Positions 1 through 16,894 of a stretch of DNA of 64,000 bases are shown piece after piece. The translations under genes and the position numbers were made by a program. Where the stretch lies: assembly GCF_009914755.1 (NCBI RefSeq), contig NC_060946.1. One strand, 5' to 3'. Source of the stretch: the human T2T-CHM13v2.0 reference genome, Homo sapiens. The first letter of the stretch is position 1; every line of letters begins with the position of its first letter. The notes under the pieces are model-generated. The model was not told where the DNA came from and did no database searches. It saw only the letters and a list, made by a program, of their open reading frames with translations.

Positions 1-276
1 AATATAGGCATCCAACATTAGGGCACTCTGATTCATAAAACAAATACTTCTAAACCTGCAAAAAGACTTAGACAGCCACACAATAATAGTGGGGGCGAGT
101 TACTGGGTGCAGCACACCAACATGGCACGTGTATACATATGTAACTAACCTGCACGTTGTGCATATGTACCCTAAAATTTAAAGTATAATTTAAAAAAAA
201 TAGTGCTGGATTTGAACATCCCACTGACAGCTTTAGACAGATCAATCATTGTGATGAAAACTAACAAAGAAATTCT
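1..276 (+). mobile_element. Old L1 ORF2 endonuclease-region fragment (host of two younger L1 insertions; appears to resume briefly at ~6481-6500)
   Basis: Translates as FIKQILLNLQKDLDSHTIIV / LDLNIPLTALDRS..KTNKEIL, the L1 EN motif HTIIVGDFNTPLSALDRS..KINKE, once the 92-198 insert is removed. Confidence 0.8.
92..198 (+). mobile_element. Very short 5'-truncated L1PA 3' end with A tail
   Basis: gggtgcagcacaccaacatggcac...gtaccctaaaatttaaagtataat plus A run; TSD aatagtg at 85-91 and 199-205. Confidence 0.85.
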
Positions 277-501
277 CTTTTTTAAAATGTATTATTATTA
301 TACTTTAAGTTTTAGGGTACATGTGCACAACGTGCAGGTTTGTTACATATGTATACCTGTGGCATGTTGGTGTGTTGCACCCATTAACTTGTCATTTAGC
401 ATTAGGTATATCTCCTAATGCTATCCCTCCCCCCTCCCCCCACCCCACAACAGTCCCCGGTGTGTGATGTTCCCCTTCCTGTGTCCATGTGTTCTCATTG
501 T

Positions 502-4330
<3,829 letters not shown>

Positions 4331-4399
4331 TGTGATTTTAGCTGGTTATTTTGCCCACTAGTTGATGCAGTTTCTTCCTAGCATCGATGGTCTTTTCAA

Positions 4400-5418
4400 T
4401 TTGGCATGTTTTTGTAGTGGCTGGTACTGGTTGTTCTTTCTGTGTTTACTGCTTCCTTCAGGAGCTCTTGTAGGGCAGGCCTGGTGGTGACAAAATCTCT
4501 CAGCATTTGCTTGTCTATAAAGGATTTTCTTTCTCCTTTACTTATGAAGCTTAGTTTGACTGGATATGAAGTTCTGTATTGAAAATTCTTTTCATTAAGA
4601 ATGTTGAATATTGGCCCCCACTCTCTTCTGGCTTGTAGAGTTTCTGCTGAGAGATCCGCTGTTAGTCTGATGGGCTTCCCTTTGTGGGTAACCCGACCTT
4701 TCCCTCTGGCTGTCCTTAACCTTTTTTCCTTCATTTCAACCTTGGTGAATCTGATAATTCTGTGTCTCAGGGTTGCTCGTCTCATAGAGTATCTTTGTGG
4801 TGTTCTCTGTATTTCCCGAATTTGAATGTTGGCCTGCCTTGCTAAGTTGTGGAAGTTTTCCTGGATAATATTCTGAAGAGTGTTTTCCAACTTAGTTCCA
4901 TTCTCCCCATCAATTTCAGGTACACCAATCACAAGTAGATTTGGTCTTTTCACATAGCCCCATATTTCTTGGAGGCTTTGTCCATTTCTTTTTACTTTTT
5001 TTTCTCTAAACATCTCTTCTCACTTCATTTCATTCATTTGACCTTCAATCACTGATCCCCTTTCTTCCACTTGATCAAATCGGCTACTGAAGCTTGTGCA
5101 TGCGTCACGTAGTTCTTGTGCCATTGTTTTCACCTCCATTTGGTCATTTAAGGTCTTCTCTATGCCGTTTATTCCAGTTAGCCATTCATCTAATCTTTTT
5201 TCAAGGTTTTTAGCTTCCTTGCAATGGGGTCGAACATCCTCCTTTAGCTTGGAGAAGTTTGTTATTACCAACCTTCTGAAGCCTACTTCTGTCAACTCAT
5301 CAAAGTCATTCTCCATCCAGCTTTGTTCCATTGCTGTGGAGGAGCTGTGACACTTTGGAGGAGAAGAGGTGCAGTGGTTTTTAGACTTTTCAGCTTCTCT
5401 GCTCTGGTTTCTCTCCAT
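4400..5418 (-). pseudogene. L1 ORF1p, disrupted
   Basis: MERNQSREAEKSKN..MENDFDELTEVGFRR from ATG 5418; stop at 5020; downstream piece YVKRPNL..ARREW..FVTTRPALQELLKEA. Confidence 0.93.
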
Positions 5419-6029
5419 CTTTGTCATTTTATCTACCTTTGGTCTTTGATGATGGTGACCTACAGATGGGGTTTTGGTGTGGATGTCCTTTTTGTTGATG
5501 TTGATGCTATTGCTTTTGTTTGTTAGTTTTCCTTCTAACAGATTCCTCAGCTGCAAGTCTGTTGGAGTTTGCTGGAGGTCCACTCCAGACCCTGTTTGCC
5601 TGGGTATCACTGGCAGAGGCTTCAGAACAGCAAATATTGCAGAACAGCAAATGTTGCTGCCTGATCCTTCCTCTGGAAGCTCTGTCTCAGAGGGGCACCT
5701 GGCTGTATGAGGTGTCAGTTGACCCCTACTGGGAGATGTCTCTCAGTTAGGCTACTTGGGGGTGAGGGACACACTTGAGGAGGCAGTCTGTCCATTCTCA
5801 GAGCTTAAACTCCATTCTGTGGGAACCACTGTTCTCTTCAGGGCTGTCAGACAGGGAAGTTTAAGGCTGTAGAAACTTCTGCTGTAGAAAGTTTCTGCTG
5901 CCTTTTGTTCAGCTATGCCCTGCCCCTAGAGGTGGAGTCTACAGAGGCAGGCAGTCCTCATTGAGTTGTGGTGGGCTCCACCCAGTTCAAGCTTCCCAGT
6001 GGCTTTGTTTACCTAGTCAAGCCTCAGCA

Positions 6030-6250
6030 ATGGTGGATGCCCCTCCCCCAGCCTGTCTGCTGCCTCCCAGTTCGATCTCAGACCGCTGCACTAGCAGTGA
6101 GCAAGGCTCCATGGGTGTGTGATCCTCCGAGCCAGGTGTGGGATATAATCTCCTGGTGTGCCATTTGCTAAGACTGTTGGAAAAGTGCAGTATTAGGGTG
6201 GAAGTGTCCCAATTTTCCAGGTACCATCTGTCATGGCTTCCCTTGGCTAG
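6030..6250 (+). pseudogene. L1 antisense ORF0 homolog with premature stop
   Basis: ATG 6030 MVDAPPPACLLPPSSISDRCTSSEQGSMGV* (TGA 6120-6122), then SSEPGVGYNLLVCHLLRLLEKCSIRV in frame; resembles L1 ORF0 MAGAPPPASLPPCSLISDCCASNQRDSVGVGPSEPGVGY. Confidence 0.75.
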
Positions 6251-7283
6251 GAAAGGGAAATCCCCCAACCCCTTGTACTTCCTGGATGAGGTGATGCCCC
6301 ACCCTGCTTCAGCTCACCCTCTCCGTGGTCTACACCCACTGTCCAACCAGTTCCAGGTACTTCAGTTGGAAATGCAGAAATCATCTGTCTTCTGTGTTGA
6401 TAGTGCTGGAAGCTGTAGACCAGAGCTGTTCCTATTTGGCCATCTTGGTGCCTCCCCTTGTTTTTTTTTTTTTTTTTTTTTTCTGATTTCAACTTGACAG
6501 CAGAACTCAACCATGCTGATGGTGCAGATGCATGTTGGTGGGAACTTTTCATTGTTTGATTCTGACATTTATGATAAATGGATTCACTTACTAAAGTTTT
6601 GTAGAGAGAGTCATAACCATTTAATCACCTAGATGATATTTCCTTTATAAAATCAAACATATCTGGTGGTTTTAGAGCAATATTTTTTACCTCAGTCACT
6701 TGTGTTTATTAGACAAGAATACTAAGTGTCAAGATGTTTGCATTGCCTTTCATATTTTTATTTAGGGGACAGTGTAATGATAAATGACTTTGAATATATA
6801 ACCAGACACACCTTCATCCCCCCACCAAATCTGTGCTAATTTACTGTTTTTTATATTTCATGCATGAAGCTAAATTGTTTTTACCCATGGATTACAGCAA
6901 AATGATGCAATGATACCTGAATCCTGGCCAAATAACATGAAATGGCAACTGCAAAATTGTTCTGCAAAATTTTACAAGGTATTATGGTATTGAGGATATC
7001 CCAAGAAAACTTGAGAGGCATTATCTTTCTCATTGGAGACTGACATTCCTGTATCAAGTAAAGTCTCAGGAAAAAGAACCACATGTGACTATTTTAATGC
7101 AACCTCTTGGTTGAAATAAAATGACTAAAAGCAGTGTTTATCTTGTTGATAACTGAGAGGCAAATGTTAAAAATTTTGTTCTGAGATGAAGAGAGTTCAC
7201 ATGATAAGTCTCTGGGATGTGAACTAAACTGGGAAAGCACCAGGACCATTTCTGAGACATACAGTTAATTAGGGTTTGGATAA

Positions 7284-7540
7284 ACAGAATAATGTTCCCC
7301 ACTCCCTAAAAAAGATATTTACATCCAAGTTCTTAGATACTGGAAATATATTACAATTCATGGCAAAGAGAATATAAGGTTGCAAATGGGATCAAAATTG
7401 CTGATATGCTGATGAAAAATAGGAAGACTATTATGAATTATCATGGTGGGCCCAGTAGAATCATAAGCATCAAAAACCATGGAAGAGTGAAGAATAAACC
7501 GTATCAAAGTGATAGATCATGAGAAAGACTCAATTGGATA
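7284..7540 (+). mobile_element. MLT1-type (MaLR) LTR fragment
   Basis: cagaataatg..aaagatatttacatcc..catggcaaagag..ttgcaaatgggatcaa..ggtgggcccag resembles the MLT1 LTR start. Confidence 0.55.
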
Positions 7541-8017
7541 TATTTTTAATTGTTTGCTTTAGTGAGTTTTTCCACTTTAGCATACATTTTATTCAATTCA
7601 ACTCTGCAAATGTGATTCATTTTATATGCCTGTCACTGAATTGGGTGTTAAAAATAAAATGAGAGAACACAAAATAACAAAAATTGATTTCTAAAGATGG
7701 AGGGCAAAGGGCATTAAGAATATAGATAGTGTGCACCCTATACAGGCATGTTTGTAAATGTATTCATTATATATAGAGAGTAATAATTATATATATATAT
7801 ATGTATATAATTATTTGGCTTAGAAAAGAGTGCAGGGGGTACATTATCAAGAATTTAGCATCAAGGTTAATCAAGAATAAGTGAGTAAAATAAAAATAAT
7901 AATGATGGTAATAATTTCAAACACTGAAGAAAGAACATTGATGATATGAAGTCATTTTTTTTCAGATCTACAAAATAGGTTTCTTCTATGCCATTAGGAT
8001 GAACACAGTTTTCACTT

Positions 8018-9260
8018 ATGTTATCTTTTAAAAATACCTTTAATTGTCAAGCTAGCATTAGAATCTCAGCCAACATCTTCCATCTTCTCTTCCACATTTT
8101 TACATTCTTTCAGGATCACAGGCCTAAGACCCATGACCTGGTCACCTGTCATTTGGCCTTTGTCCACCTAGTAATGCTCTTCACTGCAATGGAGTTTTTG
8201 TCTCCAGACATGTTTGAGTCACTGAATTTTCAGAATAACTTTAGATGTAAAGCTTTCTTTTTTTTTTTTTTTTTTTTTTGGAGACAGAGTCTCTCTCTGT
8301 TGCCCAGGCTGGAGTGCAGTGGCGCGATCTCAGCTCACTGCAAGCTCCACCTCCCGGGTTCACGCCCCACGCCATTCTCCTGCCTCAGCCTCCCAAGTGG
8401 CTGGGACTACAGGCGCCTGCCACCACGCCCGGCTAATTTTTTTTGTATTTTTTAGTAGAGACGGGGTTTCACCGTGTTAGCCAGGATGGTCTCGATCTCC
8501 TGACCTCGTGATCCACCCACCTCGGCCTCCCAAAGTGCTGGGATTACAGGCGTGAGCCACCGCGCCCGGCCTAAAGCTTTCTTCTATTTGCACAAGGTGA
8601 TGAGGGGCCTCTCCATCTGCACCACCTGCCTCCTGAGCATGCTCCAGGCCATTACCATCAGCCCCAGCACCTCCTGGTTGGTTAGATTTAAACATAAATT
8701 TACAAAATACGATATCCTGGGCTTATTCGTTTTTTGGTTTAGCAATTTGTCTTTCAGTAGTGACATGATAATCTACACTGTAGGTTATTCCAATGACCCA
8801 GATAATTTTGAATATCAGCAAATATTGCACATTTTTCCCAATGAATGTCCTCATCAGGACGCTATTTCTTATGCTCTCATTATCCAGAGATGCCTTCTTC
8901 ATAGGAATCACGCTGCTCTCAAGTGTATACATGGTCATTCTTTTGTCCAGGCATCAGAGGCACTCCCAGCACTTTCACAGCAGCAGCCTTATATTAAGGA
9001 CTTCTCTAGTGAAAATGGCCACCAAGACCATCCTGATGCTGGTGAATTCCTTTGTGCTGATGTACTCAGTGGACTTCATCCTCTCATCATCCACAATGCT
9101 GTTATGGGTAATTGGCCCTGTCACCTATGGTGTCCACAAGTTTGTGGTCAATGCCTATGCCACTGTCAGTCCTCTGGTGCTAATCAGATCTGATAAAAGA
9201 ATCATCAATATTCTGCAAAAGTTTCAATGGAAGTGCCATCTATTTTTAACAAGTTGGTGA
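8018..9260 (+). pseudogene. Vomeronasal type-1 receptor (V1R/VN1R family) pseudogene, single exon, interrupted by AluY
   Basis: ATG 8018; after removing the Alu it reads [35 protein letters not shown] (V1R hallmark), then LSRDAFFIGITLLSSVYMVILLSRHQRHSQHFHS..ATKTILMLV..YATVSPLVLI; frameshift at ~8795; stop 9258-9260. Paralog number cannot be fixed without alignment (pericentromeric VN1R pseudogenes such as VN1R108P are candidates). Confidence 0.95.
8260..8571 (-). mobile_element. AluY inserted in the VN1R coding region
   Basis: AluY diagnostics (gttagccaggatggtctcgatc, ctgcaagctcc, cacgccattc); perfect 12-bp TSD taaagctttctt at 8248-8259 and 8572-8583. Confidence 0.95.
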
Positions 9261-9639
9261 TAAAATTTTCTAAAAATTATTTCTTTGTAATCAATTAAAT
9301 TATACAAAAAGCACATAATTTTCTTTCTGATTTAAATAAAACATGTGAATTGTACTTTTATAATATCTCAATATCTTTTAATTTTTTGGTGCCAAGAACT
9401 GTGTGCTTTCCTCAGTTCAATGTCCACTATGATTTTGTATTCTCAAGGTCTGTCTCTCACCCCTTCATTTTAATTTTACCTTTATACAGGAAAATGTTAT
9501 TTTCTTCTTGAGTACACTCTTATGCGGCTCCTATTGGCAAGCAAATCTCTTAGTTTTAATTTTTGAAATTATTTTAATTTTTCTTATTTATTGAAGATAT
9601 TTAGCTATATTCAAATTCTAGCTTGAATAAAAAATTTTT

Positions 9640-10540
9640 TAAGCATAATTTTAAAATTTGTTTTTAATTGAAAATAACATTGTGTAAGTTTATTATGTAT
9701 GTTTTGAATTACATATAGATTATAAAATGATTAAATCTAGCTAATTAACAAATGCATGATCTAAAAGTTATTGTTTTTTGTGGTGAAAACAGTTAACATC
9801 AACTACCTTTTCATTTTTCAGGACTGCAATATATCATAATTAAGTATGGCTGCCGTGCTGCATAGCAGATCTTGTAAAATATATTTCTTCTATCTAATAA
9901 TAATTATGTTTCCTTTGACCAACATCTTTCCATCCTGTCCTCCACCACCGCAGGCTCTGGTAACCACCATTCTCCTCTCTACTTCTAAGAGATAAGCTTG
10001 TTTAGATTCCACATTTAATAAATTCCTGTCTTATTTGTCTCTCTATGTCTGGCTTATTTCACTTAACATAATGTCCTTCAGGTTCATCTATGTTGTCTTA
10101 AATGGCAGAATTTTATTCTGCCATTTATTTTATTATGCCATATATTTGTGGCCAAATAGCATTTCATTATGTTTACATACCATGTTGTCTTATCCATTTA
10201 TTCTTCGATGGGCACTGTGATTGATTCCATATCTTGGCCATTGTCAATAGTGCTGTAATAAACATGGGAGTGTAGCTATCTCTTTAACATACTGATTTTA
10301 TTTCTTTTGGCTATATGCCCAGTGGTGGAATTGCTGGAACATACAGTAGTTCCATTTTAGGTTGAGAAACTTCCATACTTGTTTTTCATAGTGGCTGTAT
10401 TAATTTGTATTCAAACCAACAGTTTATAAGAGTTCCCTTTATTCCACATCCTTGCTAACACTTGTTCTCTTTTGTCATTTCGATTATGGCCATTCTACTT
10501 AAGATAAGGTAATGTCTGGTATTGTTTTGATTTGCATCTC
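9640..10540 (-). mobile_element. Old L1M (L1MA/MB-type) 3' fragment
   Basis: ggtaaccaccattct, ttagattccac, gcttatttcacttaacataatgtcc, ttgatttgcatctccctg: antisense L1 3' region. Confidence 0.75.
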
Positions 10541-10544
10541 CCTG

Positions 10545-11625
10545 GAGGTGATAAACACCAAGACAAAGAAACTGGGAGATACAAGAGGACAGAAATGACT
10601 CAGTGATAGACAACATGGAGTCTCATCCACAATCGGCACACTCTGATCCTCTAACCAAATGACAAGCCACAGTTCAACTACTCCTTTTAAAGAAAAATGA
10701 GAAAACATATCTCTAAAATCGAGGACAGGCAAGGAGAGTGTCCCCCTTTGGGCACCCCAGCTGGTTTTATGTGTGATAATTATAGCACCTCTTCTTGCAA
10801 ACATTTATGTAAAGGGAGGATTTTACTAAGGACGACCAACATCTAAGGTTCCCAAAGTGAAGAACTTTAAATATTCCCAAACTGGTCTTCTCGTATGCTA
10901 AATTAGAGAAGTTAGGTTTCTGCATCAAGGAAAATAAATGAGGGTTGTATTTTAGCTGGCACCTAAAAACATCCAAAAGTAGAAATGATAAACTTATTTC
11001 TTTCCAGAAAAGTAACAACAAAATATTTGAAACTACCTCAGAATTAAAGAAAAGTAGCAAAATCAGCTTCTAAAATCAGGAAGCTGCCAGAAACTGTCTC
11101 TTCTTTTTCTTCTCCTAAACCTCTGCTTTCTAAACTTCCTTGCCTGGATGATTTCATTTTTTTTCTCTTTCTCCTCCCTGTATTCCTTCTTAAACCACAA
11201 AGGGTCCAGAAATAGCTACAGGAGAAGACAAAATAGTAGTCATTTCTTTTAAAACAAAACCCACAGGAAGAGTGGGTTCAAACATAAGATATACACCTTA
11301 CACCAAGTCAGAATTAAGTGCTCTGATGTTTGGATTTCCAGATCTGACTCAAGACACCTTAGGTTTGCCAAGGAATTCCAAGTAATGCTTAAGACCTATG
11401 ATTCAGGGTTTTCAAACCAATATCAGCTAACTGATTTACTAGTCCTCCAAAACAAAGCCAAAGAGTGCTACAAAGTAGTGAATTAGAAACAGCTTTAGCA
11501 GATTTTAACAAACTAAAGTGCAAATGGGAGAGAGAAGTGTAGGGAGTTTTGCAACTGCCTCTGTGGGAATTTACCACAGCTATTCCCCCTAATCCTATAG
11601 ACTAGGCAAAATACAACAATGTAAT
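10545..11625 (+). mobile_element. ERV1-class internal remnant (leader plus degenerate gag)
   Basis: Degenerate translations PLGTPAGFMCDNYSTSSCKHL..TKDDQHLRFPK..PKLV (MA-like) and YTPYTKSELSAL..FPD../FAKEFQVMLKTYDSGFSNQYQL (CA-like); no LTR seen. Confidence 0.65.
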
Positions 11626-11659
11626 ATATACCCCAGCAAAACCATACCTGATTATTATA

Positions 11660-14600
11660 TCACATTTATTTTTATTTTTTGTGGGTATACAGTAGTTGTG
11701 TGTATAAATGGGGTATATGAGATACTTTGATACAGGCATGCAACATGTAACAATCACAGCATGGTAAATGGGGTACCCATCTCCTCAAGCATTTACTCTG
11801 TATTACAAAAATTGAATTATATGATTTCAGTTATTTTAAAAGGTACAACTAAATTATTATTGATTATAATAATTGTCAATTATTGACAATTGCAGTGTTG
11901 TGGTATCAAGTACTACTGTTGTGCTACCAGTACAAACTGTGTTATCAGTACAAATACTACTGTTGTGCTATCAGCACAAATACCCTGTTGTGCAATCAAA
12001 TAGTACCTCTACCTCTTATTCATTCTTTTTAACTATTTCTTGTACCCATTAGCCATCCTCACTTCCCTCCATGGCCCTACCAAACTGCCCCCCTACTATG
12101 CTTCTCAGCCTCTGGTAACCATCCTTCTACTCTCTATCTCCGTTGAATTCAACTCAATGGGATCCTTAGCGCCCATAAATAAATGAGAATATGCAAAGTT
12201 TGTCTTTCTGTGCCTGGCTTATTTCATTTAACATAATAACCCTCATCCATGTTGTTAAAAATGACAGAATCTCATTCTTTTTTTCTGGCTCCACTGTGTA
12301 TACATACTACATTTTCTTTATCCATTCATCTGTTGATTGACACTTACGTTGCTTCCAAATCTTGGCTATTTTCAACAATGCTGCAACAAACATGGGAATG
12401 TAGACATCTCTTCAACATACTGAGTTCCTTTCTTGTGAGTATATACTTAGCAGTGAAATTGCTGGATTATATGGAAGCTCTAGTTTAGTTTTATGAGGAA
12501 CCTCCAAGCTGTTTTCCATAGTGGTTGTACTAATTTACATTTCCACCAACAGTGTACCAGGCTTCCCATTTCTCCACATTCTCACTAGCATTTGCTGTTG
12601 CCTGACTTTTGGACAAAATTCATTTTAACTGGGATAAGATGATATCTCATTATAGTTTTGATTTGCATGTTTCTGATAATATAACTGCTTGCAATTCATA
12701 TGCCTTCTTTTAAGAAATGTTTATTGAAATATTTTGCCCATTTTAAAGATCAGATTACTAGATTTTTTTCCTATACAGTAGTTTGAGCTGCTTATCTGTT
12801 CTAGTTATTAATCTTTTGTCAGGTGAATAGTTTGCAAATATGTTCTCCTATTCTGTGGGTTGTCTCCTCACTTTATTGATCATTTCCTTTGACATGCAGA
12901 AGATTTTTAACTTGATGTAACTTCATTTGTCCATATTTGCTTTGGTTGCCTGTGCTTGTGGGGTATTACTCAAGACATTTTTGCCAAGACCTGGAGAGAC
13001 TTTCCCCAATGTTTTCTTGCAGTAGTTTTTTAATTCGAGGTCTTAGATTTAAGTATTTAATCCATTTTGATTCGACTTTTGTATATGGCAAGAGTTGGGG
13101 TTATAATTTCATTCTTTTGCATGTAGATATCCAGTTTCCAAGCATGATTTATTGAAGAGATTGTCTTTTCCCTAATTTAAGTTCTTGGCACCTTTGTTGA
13201 AAATGAGTTCAGTGAAAATGTATAAAATTTTTTTCTGGGTTATCTGTTCAATTCCATTGGTTTATGTGTCTATTTTTATGCCAGTACCAGGCTGCTACAG
13301 TTACTATAGCTTTGTAATATAATTTGAAGTCAGTTAATGTGATTCCTGCATTTAATCTGTGAATTGCTTTGGGTAATATAGACATTTTAATATACTAACA
13401 CTATCAATCCATGAACATGGAATATCTTTCAATTTTTGTGTCTTCAATTTATCTTATGATTGTGTTATAGTTTTTGTTGTAGAAATCCTTTACTTCTTTG
13501 GTTGATTTCTATGTATTTAGTTCTATTTGTGGCTATGATAAATGGTATTTCTTTTTAAATTCTTTTTCAGATTGTTCACTCTTGGCATATAGAAATGTTA
13601 CTGATTCCTGCCGGGCGCGGTGGCTCACGCCTGTATTCCCAGGACTTTGGGAAGGTGAGGTGGGCACATCACGAGGTCAGGAGATCGAGACCATACTGGC
13701 TAACACGATGAAACCCCGTCTCTACTAAAAATACAAAAAAAAGTTAGCCAGGCGTGATGGTGGGTGCCTGTAGCCCCAGCTCCTCGGGAGGCTGAGGCAG
13801 GAGAATGGTGTGAACCCAGGAGGCAGACTTGCAGTGAGCCAAGATTGCACCACTGCACTCCAGCCTGGGTGACAAAGTGAGACTCTGTCTCAAAAAAAAA
13901 AAAAAAAAGATACTGATTTTTATATATTGATTTGTATCCTGAAACTCTACTGAATTTATCAGTTCTAGTAGTTTTTGTGGAGTCTTCAGGTTTTTTACAA
14001 ATATAAGATTATATCATCTGCAAAACAAAGATAATTTGTCTTCTTCCCTTTAGATGCCCTTTATTTCTCTCTCTTGTCTGATTGCTTTTGCTAGGACTTC
14101 CAGTACTATGCAGAATAACAGTGGTGAAAGTGGGCATCCTGGTCATGTTCCAGATCTTAGAGAAGGGGATTTCAGTGTTTCCCTTGTCAGTATGATACTA
14201 GCTGTGGGTATGTCATATATGGCTTTCATTATGTTAATAATGTTCTTTCTCTACCCAGGTTTCTGAGGGTTTTTAATCATGATGGGATGTTGAATTTTAT
14301 CAAATGCTTTTTTAAAATGTCTTAATTTAAATGATTATATAATCTTTTCCTTCATTTTGGTGATGTGATGTATCATTTGGATTGATTTGCAACCATTCTT
14401 GCATCCTTGTGATAAATCACACATGATCATGAAGAATGATATTTTTAATGTATTGCTTAAAGGTTTGCTAGCATTTTGTTGAGGATTTTTGCATCAATAT
14501 TAATTGGAGATATTGTAGTTTTCTTTTTTTAAAGTGTCTTTGATTTTGGTATAAAGGTAATTCTGGTGTTATAGAATGAGTTTGGAAGTATTCCCCATCT

Positions 14601-14785
14601 GTATTTTGTGGAATAGTTTCAGTAGGATTGGTGTTAGTTCTTTAAATATTTGTTAGAATTCAGTAGTGAAGCCATAGAATATTGGGGCTTTTCTTTTCTG
14701 GGAGACTTTTTATTACAGCTTTGTTCTCATTATTTGTTATTGGTCTGTTCATGTTTTGTATTTCTTTGTGTTTCAATTTTGGTGT
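11660..14785 (-). mobile_element. L1MA-type element, 3' end through part of ORF2, truncated at ~14785
   Basis: Continuous antisense L1 sequence (ggggtatatgagatactttgatacagg.., ggtgaaagtgggcatcct, gaggatttttgcatc). Confidence 0.85.
13609..13908 (+). mobile_element. AluY within L1MA
   Basis: gagatcgagaccatactggctaacacg, gagaatggtgtgaaccc, A tail; tactgatt flanks both sides. Confidence 0.9.
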
Positions 14786-15424
14786 GTTTCTTGGCCCTAG
14801 TCTGGTCCACTCAGACCTGCTCCATGCTCACCATCAGGCAGCTGGTGGTCCTTTTTGAGGAGTGAGTGCAGCAGGGACCAGTGGTTGGGCTGAAGCCCCT
14901 TCACCTCATGCGGACTCTCCAATACTCATTGAACTTCATGGTGAGGGACAGAGGACCCACCCTGGCTCTCAGCGGGAGAGCAGGGAATTCTTGTTCAAGG
15001 AAGCCCCTGGGGCAGCCGCAGGAGGCAGCCCTTGGGAAAAAGCGCCCAAGGCCCCCCTCAACCGGCCATCCTGCCTCCTCTGCAGGACCTTCTCTTCCCC
15101 TCTTTCCCTCCCTCCTGAGGTGAAAAGGAGGGGAGGAGACCACGGAGCCCTCTGTGTCAGGGAAACCTGGCCCTTCCTTTTGAGCGTTCAGGGGACTCGC
15201 ATGGGCCTTGCCCCTTCTCCAGGACCTGGAAGCTTCTCTCCCTGAAGAGCCCTGAGTTCCAGTCTCAAGTGTCTCATTCCCCATTGCCTCCTGCTTCTCC
15301 TTTCATCCCCCCCACCACCACCTGGGGCTCACACTCCCTGCCTTTGGGCTTCAAATGTTGTACTACGTGCTTGACCCACTAGCCTGCTTAATCTTCAAAA
15401 TCACTCTATCAAAAAGACATTTTA

Positions 15425-15727
<303 letters not shown>

Positions 15728-16209
15728 TTAAAAAGCGAAATTGCCAAAATCATTCATTTAACCAATAAGATGAGCACCTACCTATCAGGGACAATAAAAG
15801 TTTAAAGGTGCCAACAATTATGAAGGCAGTATTGAATTTACTTGAAATATGAAGAACACCACATTGGGTGAATTTAGATAGGAAGGCCAAGGAGATATTC
15901 CTAGGAATATCATTATATATGGAAAACACTGAAAAAAGACACTGCAGTGTTTGAGAAAATAATGGCCATAGAAAGAGATTTCATGGACCTTCCAGCTTAT
16001 GAAAAAATCAACTGAAATTGCTCGACATTAGGTTAGAACATTAAAAAGGAAAATAAGCCATTATAGAAGGAGAGAATTGGAATAGGGGACAGGAATGACC
16101 CATTTCCCAGTCTCTGCCTAGAACAGGGCTGGGGAAAAATCTGTGGTCATCACATTCACCATTGCATAAACACATATTCTTTCTATATGTCAGCAAGGAG
16201 CAAGTGCTA

Positions 16210-16500
16210 CCAAGACAAGGCAAGGAAAAGGAATAAAGAATATTGCTGGGTGCTTTTCTGTAGGGTGATCAGGAAAGGCCTCACTGAAAAAGAGACATTA
16301 GAGCAGAGCAAGTGACAGAGAGAGAGTCATAGAGAGATCTGTGGGAAGAGCATTCCACGTGAGGGCAACAGACACTGCAAAGGCCCTGAGGCAGGGAGTG
16401 CTTGGCATGTCTGAGGAGCCAGAAAAAGGCCAGTGGGGCTGGAATGGAGTGAGTGAGAAGTAATAGGTGCAGAACACACATGGCCTTAGAGATCATGGCT
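16210..16500 (-). mobile_element. L2 fragment
   Basis: caggaaaggcctcactga..tgcaaaggccctgaggcagggagtgcttggcatgt..ggccagtggggctggaatggagtgag is antisense L2 3' region. Confidence 0.75.
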
Positions 16501-16894
16501 CTAGGCGTTTTGTTTTATTTTCCAATTTTTAAAATTGTGTTAAAATACACATAACATAAGCGTCTGGGATCCCGCAGGATGCTGGCCCCAAACAGGCCAA
16601 TTTGTCCTGTCTCTGTGGGATTTGTTGGTTCTAGAAGATCAGATTTGGTCTGGGTCACCCAAATCTGTCTGTACCCCAACCTCCACTGTCTGCTCTTACC
16701 TCCCTAGGTGTTGGCTCAGGTACTGGGCAAACTTTACCAGGAATATATACATTGTGTGGAATTTCTTAGCTTCCATTTCAACAAAGTTGAAACTTCGGGG
16801 AAATGATTTGCCAAGGGTTACAACTTGGGGAAAATGATGATAGTTTGCTTTACAAATTGCTCTAGTTAACCAATAAAAGTATGGCATGCCTACC

